Source of the DNA: a virus
Taxonomy: Duplodnaviria; Heunggongvirae; Uroviricota; Caudoviricetes
Virus record (IMG/VR): IMGVR_UViG_3300012983_000662
DNA length: 8,336 bases
Strand: one strand, 5' to 3'
The position numbers were made by a program, and so were the translations under genes. The notes below the pieces were generated by a model. The model searched no databases and was not told the DNA's origin. It worked only from the letters and a program-made list of their open reading frames with translations. Shown here in pieces: positions 7,576 to 8,336 of this stretch; within the stretch, counting starts at the first letter, position 1; each line of letters starts with the position of its first letter.

Positions 7576-7947
7576 ATGACTAAAAATATCCGTAATCTGG
7601 CACTGGCAACGATGTCGGGGTTTCGCCATAAAACCGTTGATGTGCCTGAATGGGAGGGAGCAACGGTTGTGTTACGGGAACCTTCTGCAGAAGCCTGGTT
7701 GCGCTGGCAGGAGATCGTTAAAGCAAAAGATGATGAGACACCGTTATCCGTTGCGGAGCGCGCCCGCCGAAATCTGGAGGCAGATGTTGAACTGTTCATT
7801 GATGTTCTGTGTGATACCGGACTGCAACCTGTATTTTCAGAGGATGATCGTGAACAGGTGATTGCCGTGTATGGCCCGGTGCATGCGCGGCTTCTTCGGC
7901 AGTCTCTGGAACTGATCAGTGATGCCGGCGAGGTTAAAAAAAAGTAG
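7576..7947 (+). CDS. Tail assembly chaperone (lambda gpG functional analogue), zero-frame product
   Basis: GAGGA at 7563-7567, 8 nt before ATG 7576. In-frame alternative starts exist at ATG 7561 (overlapping the major tail stop, TAATG) and GTG 7573. Acidic protein ending ...AGEVKKK and terminating inside a slippery A-run. Located directly upstream of a -1 frame ORF and the probable tape-measure gene. Confidence 0.75.
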   Translation: MTKNIRNLALATMSGFRHKTVDVPEWEGATVVLREPSAEAWLRWQEIVKAKDDETPLSVAERARRNLEADVELFIDVLCDTGLQPVFSEDDREQVIAVYGPVHARLLRQSLELISDAGEVKKK

Positions 7948-8249
7948 CGCTTCCGGGGATGCGTTTTCTGATGATGCTGGCGCTCAGGATGGGGCGCACA
8001 TTGTCAGAGTTACGCCGGGAAATGTCCGCATCAGAAATCATGATGTGGGCAGAATTTGACAGGTTCAGCCCGCTGGGGGACGAACGGGCTGATATCCGGG
8101 CTGCCCAGATTGTTTCAGCTATTTACGGTGCGCAGGGGGTTAAAGTACTACTGAATGATGCGCTTCTTCAGTGGGAACAAGAGCAGACAGAAGGCGTCTC
8201 AGATCCATTTGCCGGACTGGAAAACGCGCTTTTAATAGTGTCTCAGTGA
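7576..8249 (+). CDS. Tail assembly chaperone frameshift fusion (lambda gpGT analogue), produced by -1 ribosomal slip at 7938-7944
   Basis: The ORF 7959-8249 is in the -1 frame relative to the G-like ORF and is open back through the slip site (codons after the slip read GTA GCG CTT CCG GGG ATG...). Its own ATG at 7959 has no convincing Shine-Dalgarno motif. Predicted junction: ...GEVKKK-VALPGMRFLMML... Confidence 0.65.
7938..7944 (+). promoter_or_regulatory. Programmed -1 ribosomal frameshift slippery heptamer A_AAA_AAG
   Basis: Sequence GTTAAAAAAAAGTAG: zero-frame codons AAA AAG at 7939-7944 are followed by stop TAG 7945-7947. The heptamer fits the X_XXY_YYZ rule and is identical to the E. 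coli dnaX slip site. Confidence 0.7.
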
Positions 8250-8257
8250 GTCAACAT

Positions 8258-8279
8258 AACCGCTTCGGCGGTTTTTTTT
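8258..8279 (+). terminator. Terminator-like hairpin with UUCG tetraloop and T8 tract
   Basis: AACCGC-TTCG-GCGGTT (stem 8258-8263 / 8268-8273, loop TTCG 8264-8267) followed by eight T (8272-8279), 9 nt after the stop of the frameshift ORF. Confidence 0.55.
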
Positions 8280-8295
8280 CGTCCGGAGAATGAGT

Positions 8296-8336
8296 GTGGC
8301 GACATTACGTGAACTGATTATTAAAATCTCGGCAAA
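8296..8336 (+). CDS. 5' end of next gene, probably tail tape-measure protein (partial)
   Basis: GGAGA at 8285-8289, 6 nt before GTG 8296, with the frame open to the window end (VATLRELIIKISA...). Identity is inferred only from position after the G/GT pair. The in-frame ATG at 8290 abuts the Shine-Dalgarno motif and is unlikely to be the start. Confidence 0.45.
   Translation, partial: MATLRELIIKISA

Noticed and set aside
7959-8249. Downstream chaperone ORF as an independently translated 96-aa gene
   Set aside because: Its frame is open upstream to the slippery heptamer, it has no convincing Shine-Dalgarno motif before ATG 7959, and it occupies the position of lambda T, which is known to be expressed only as the frameshift fusion. 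It is annotated as the fusion instead.
1-8336. Search for a defence system, toxin-antitoxin pair, CRISPR array, integrase/transposase or tRNA in the window
   Set aside because: Every sizeable ORF is accounted for by a structural or assembly role with canonical synteny. No direct-repeat arrays, tRNA-like cloverleaf candidates or recombinase-like ORFs were seen. The only unexplained coding capacity is the two small ORFs at 1835-2017 and 5157-5345, reported as findings.

Overview
This window reads as one co-directional (+ strand) late morphogenesis operon of a tailed dsDNA phage or prophage with an HK97-type head and a non-contractile (siphovirus-like) tail. Gene order: terminase small subunit (C-terminal 22 codons only), terminase large subunit, a 60-aa two-helix membrane ORF, portal, prohead protease, major capsid protein with an N-terminal coiled-coil delta domain, a 62-aa orphan ORF, gp6-like head-tail connector, head-tail adaptor, HK97 gp10-like protein, gp11-like tail terminator, major tail protein with a C-terminal Ig-like domain, a G/GT-type tail assembly chaperone pair joined by a -1 frameshift, and the first codons of a probable tape-measure gene. 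Genes are tightly packed, with overlapping stop/start codons and Shine-Dalgarno motifs. Family assignments rest on motif recall and synteny; no homology search was possible. I see no rRNA, tRNA, CRISPR array, transposase, integrase or recognisable defence or toxin-antitoxin system, and all minus-strand ORFs look like shadow ORFs. The points most worth a second look are the hydrophobic ORF between terminase and portal, the frameshift site (identical to the dnaX-type heptamer A_AAA_AAG), a codon-usage breakpoint between head and tail modules, the Ig-like decoration on the tail tube, and terminator-like hairpins inside the operon. I did not find a convincing novel multi-gene system.
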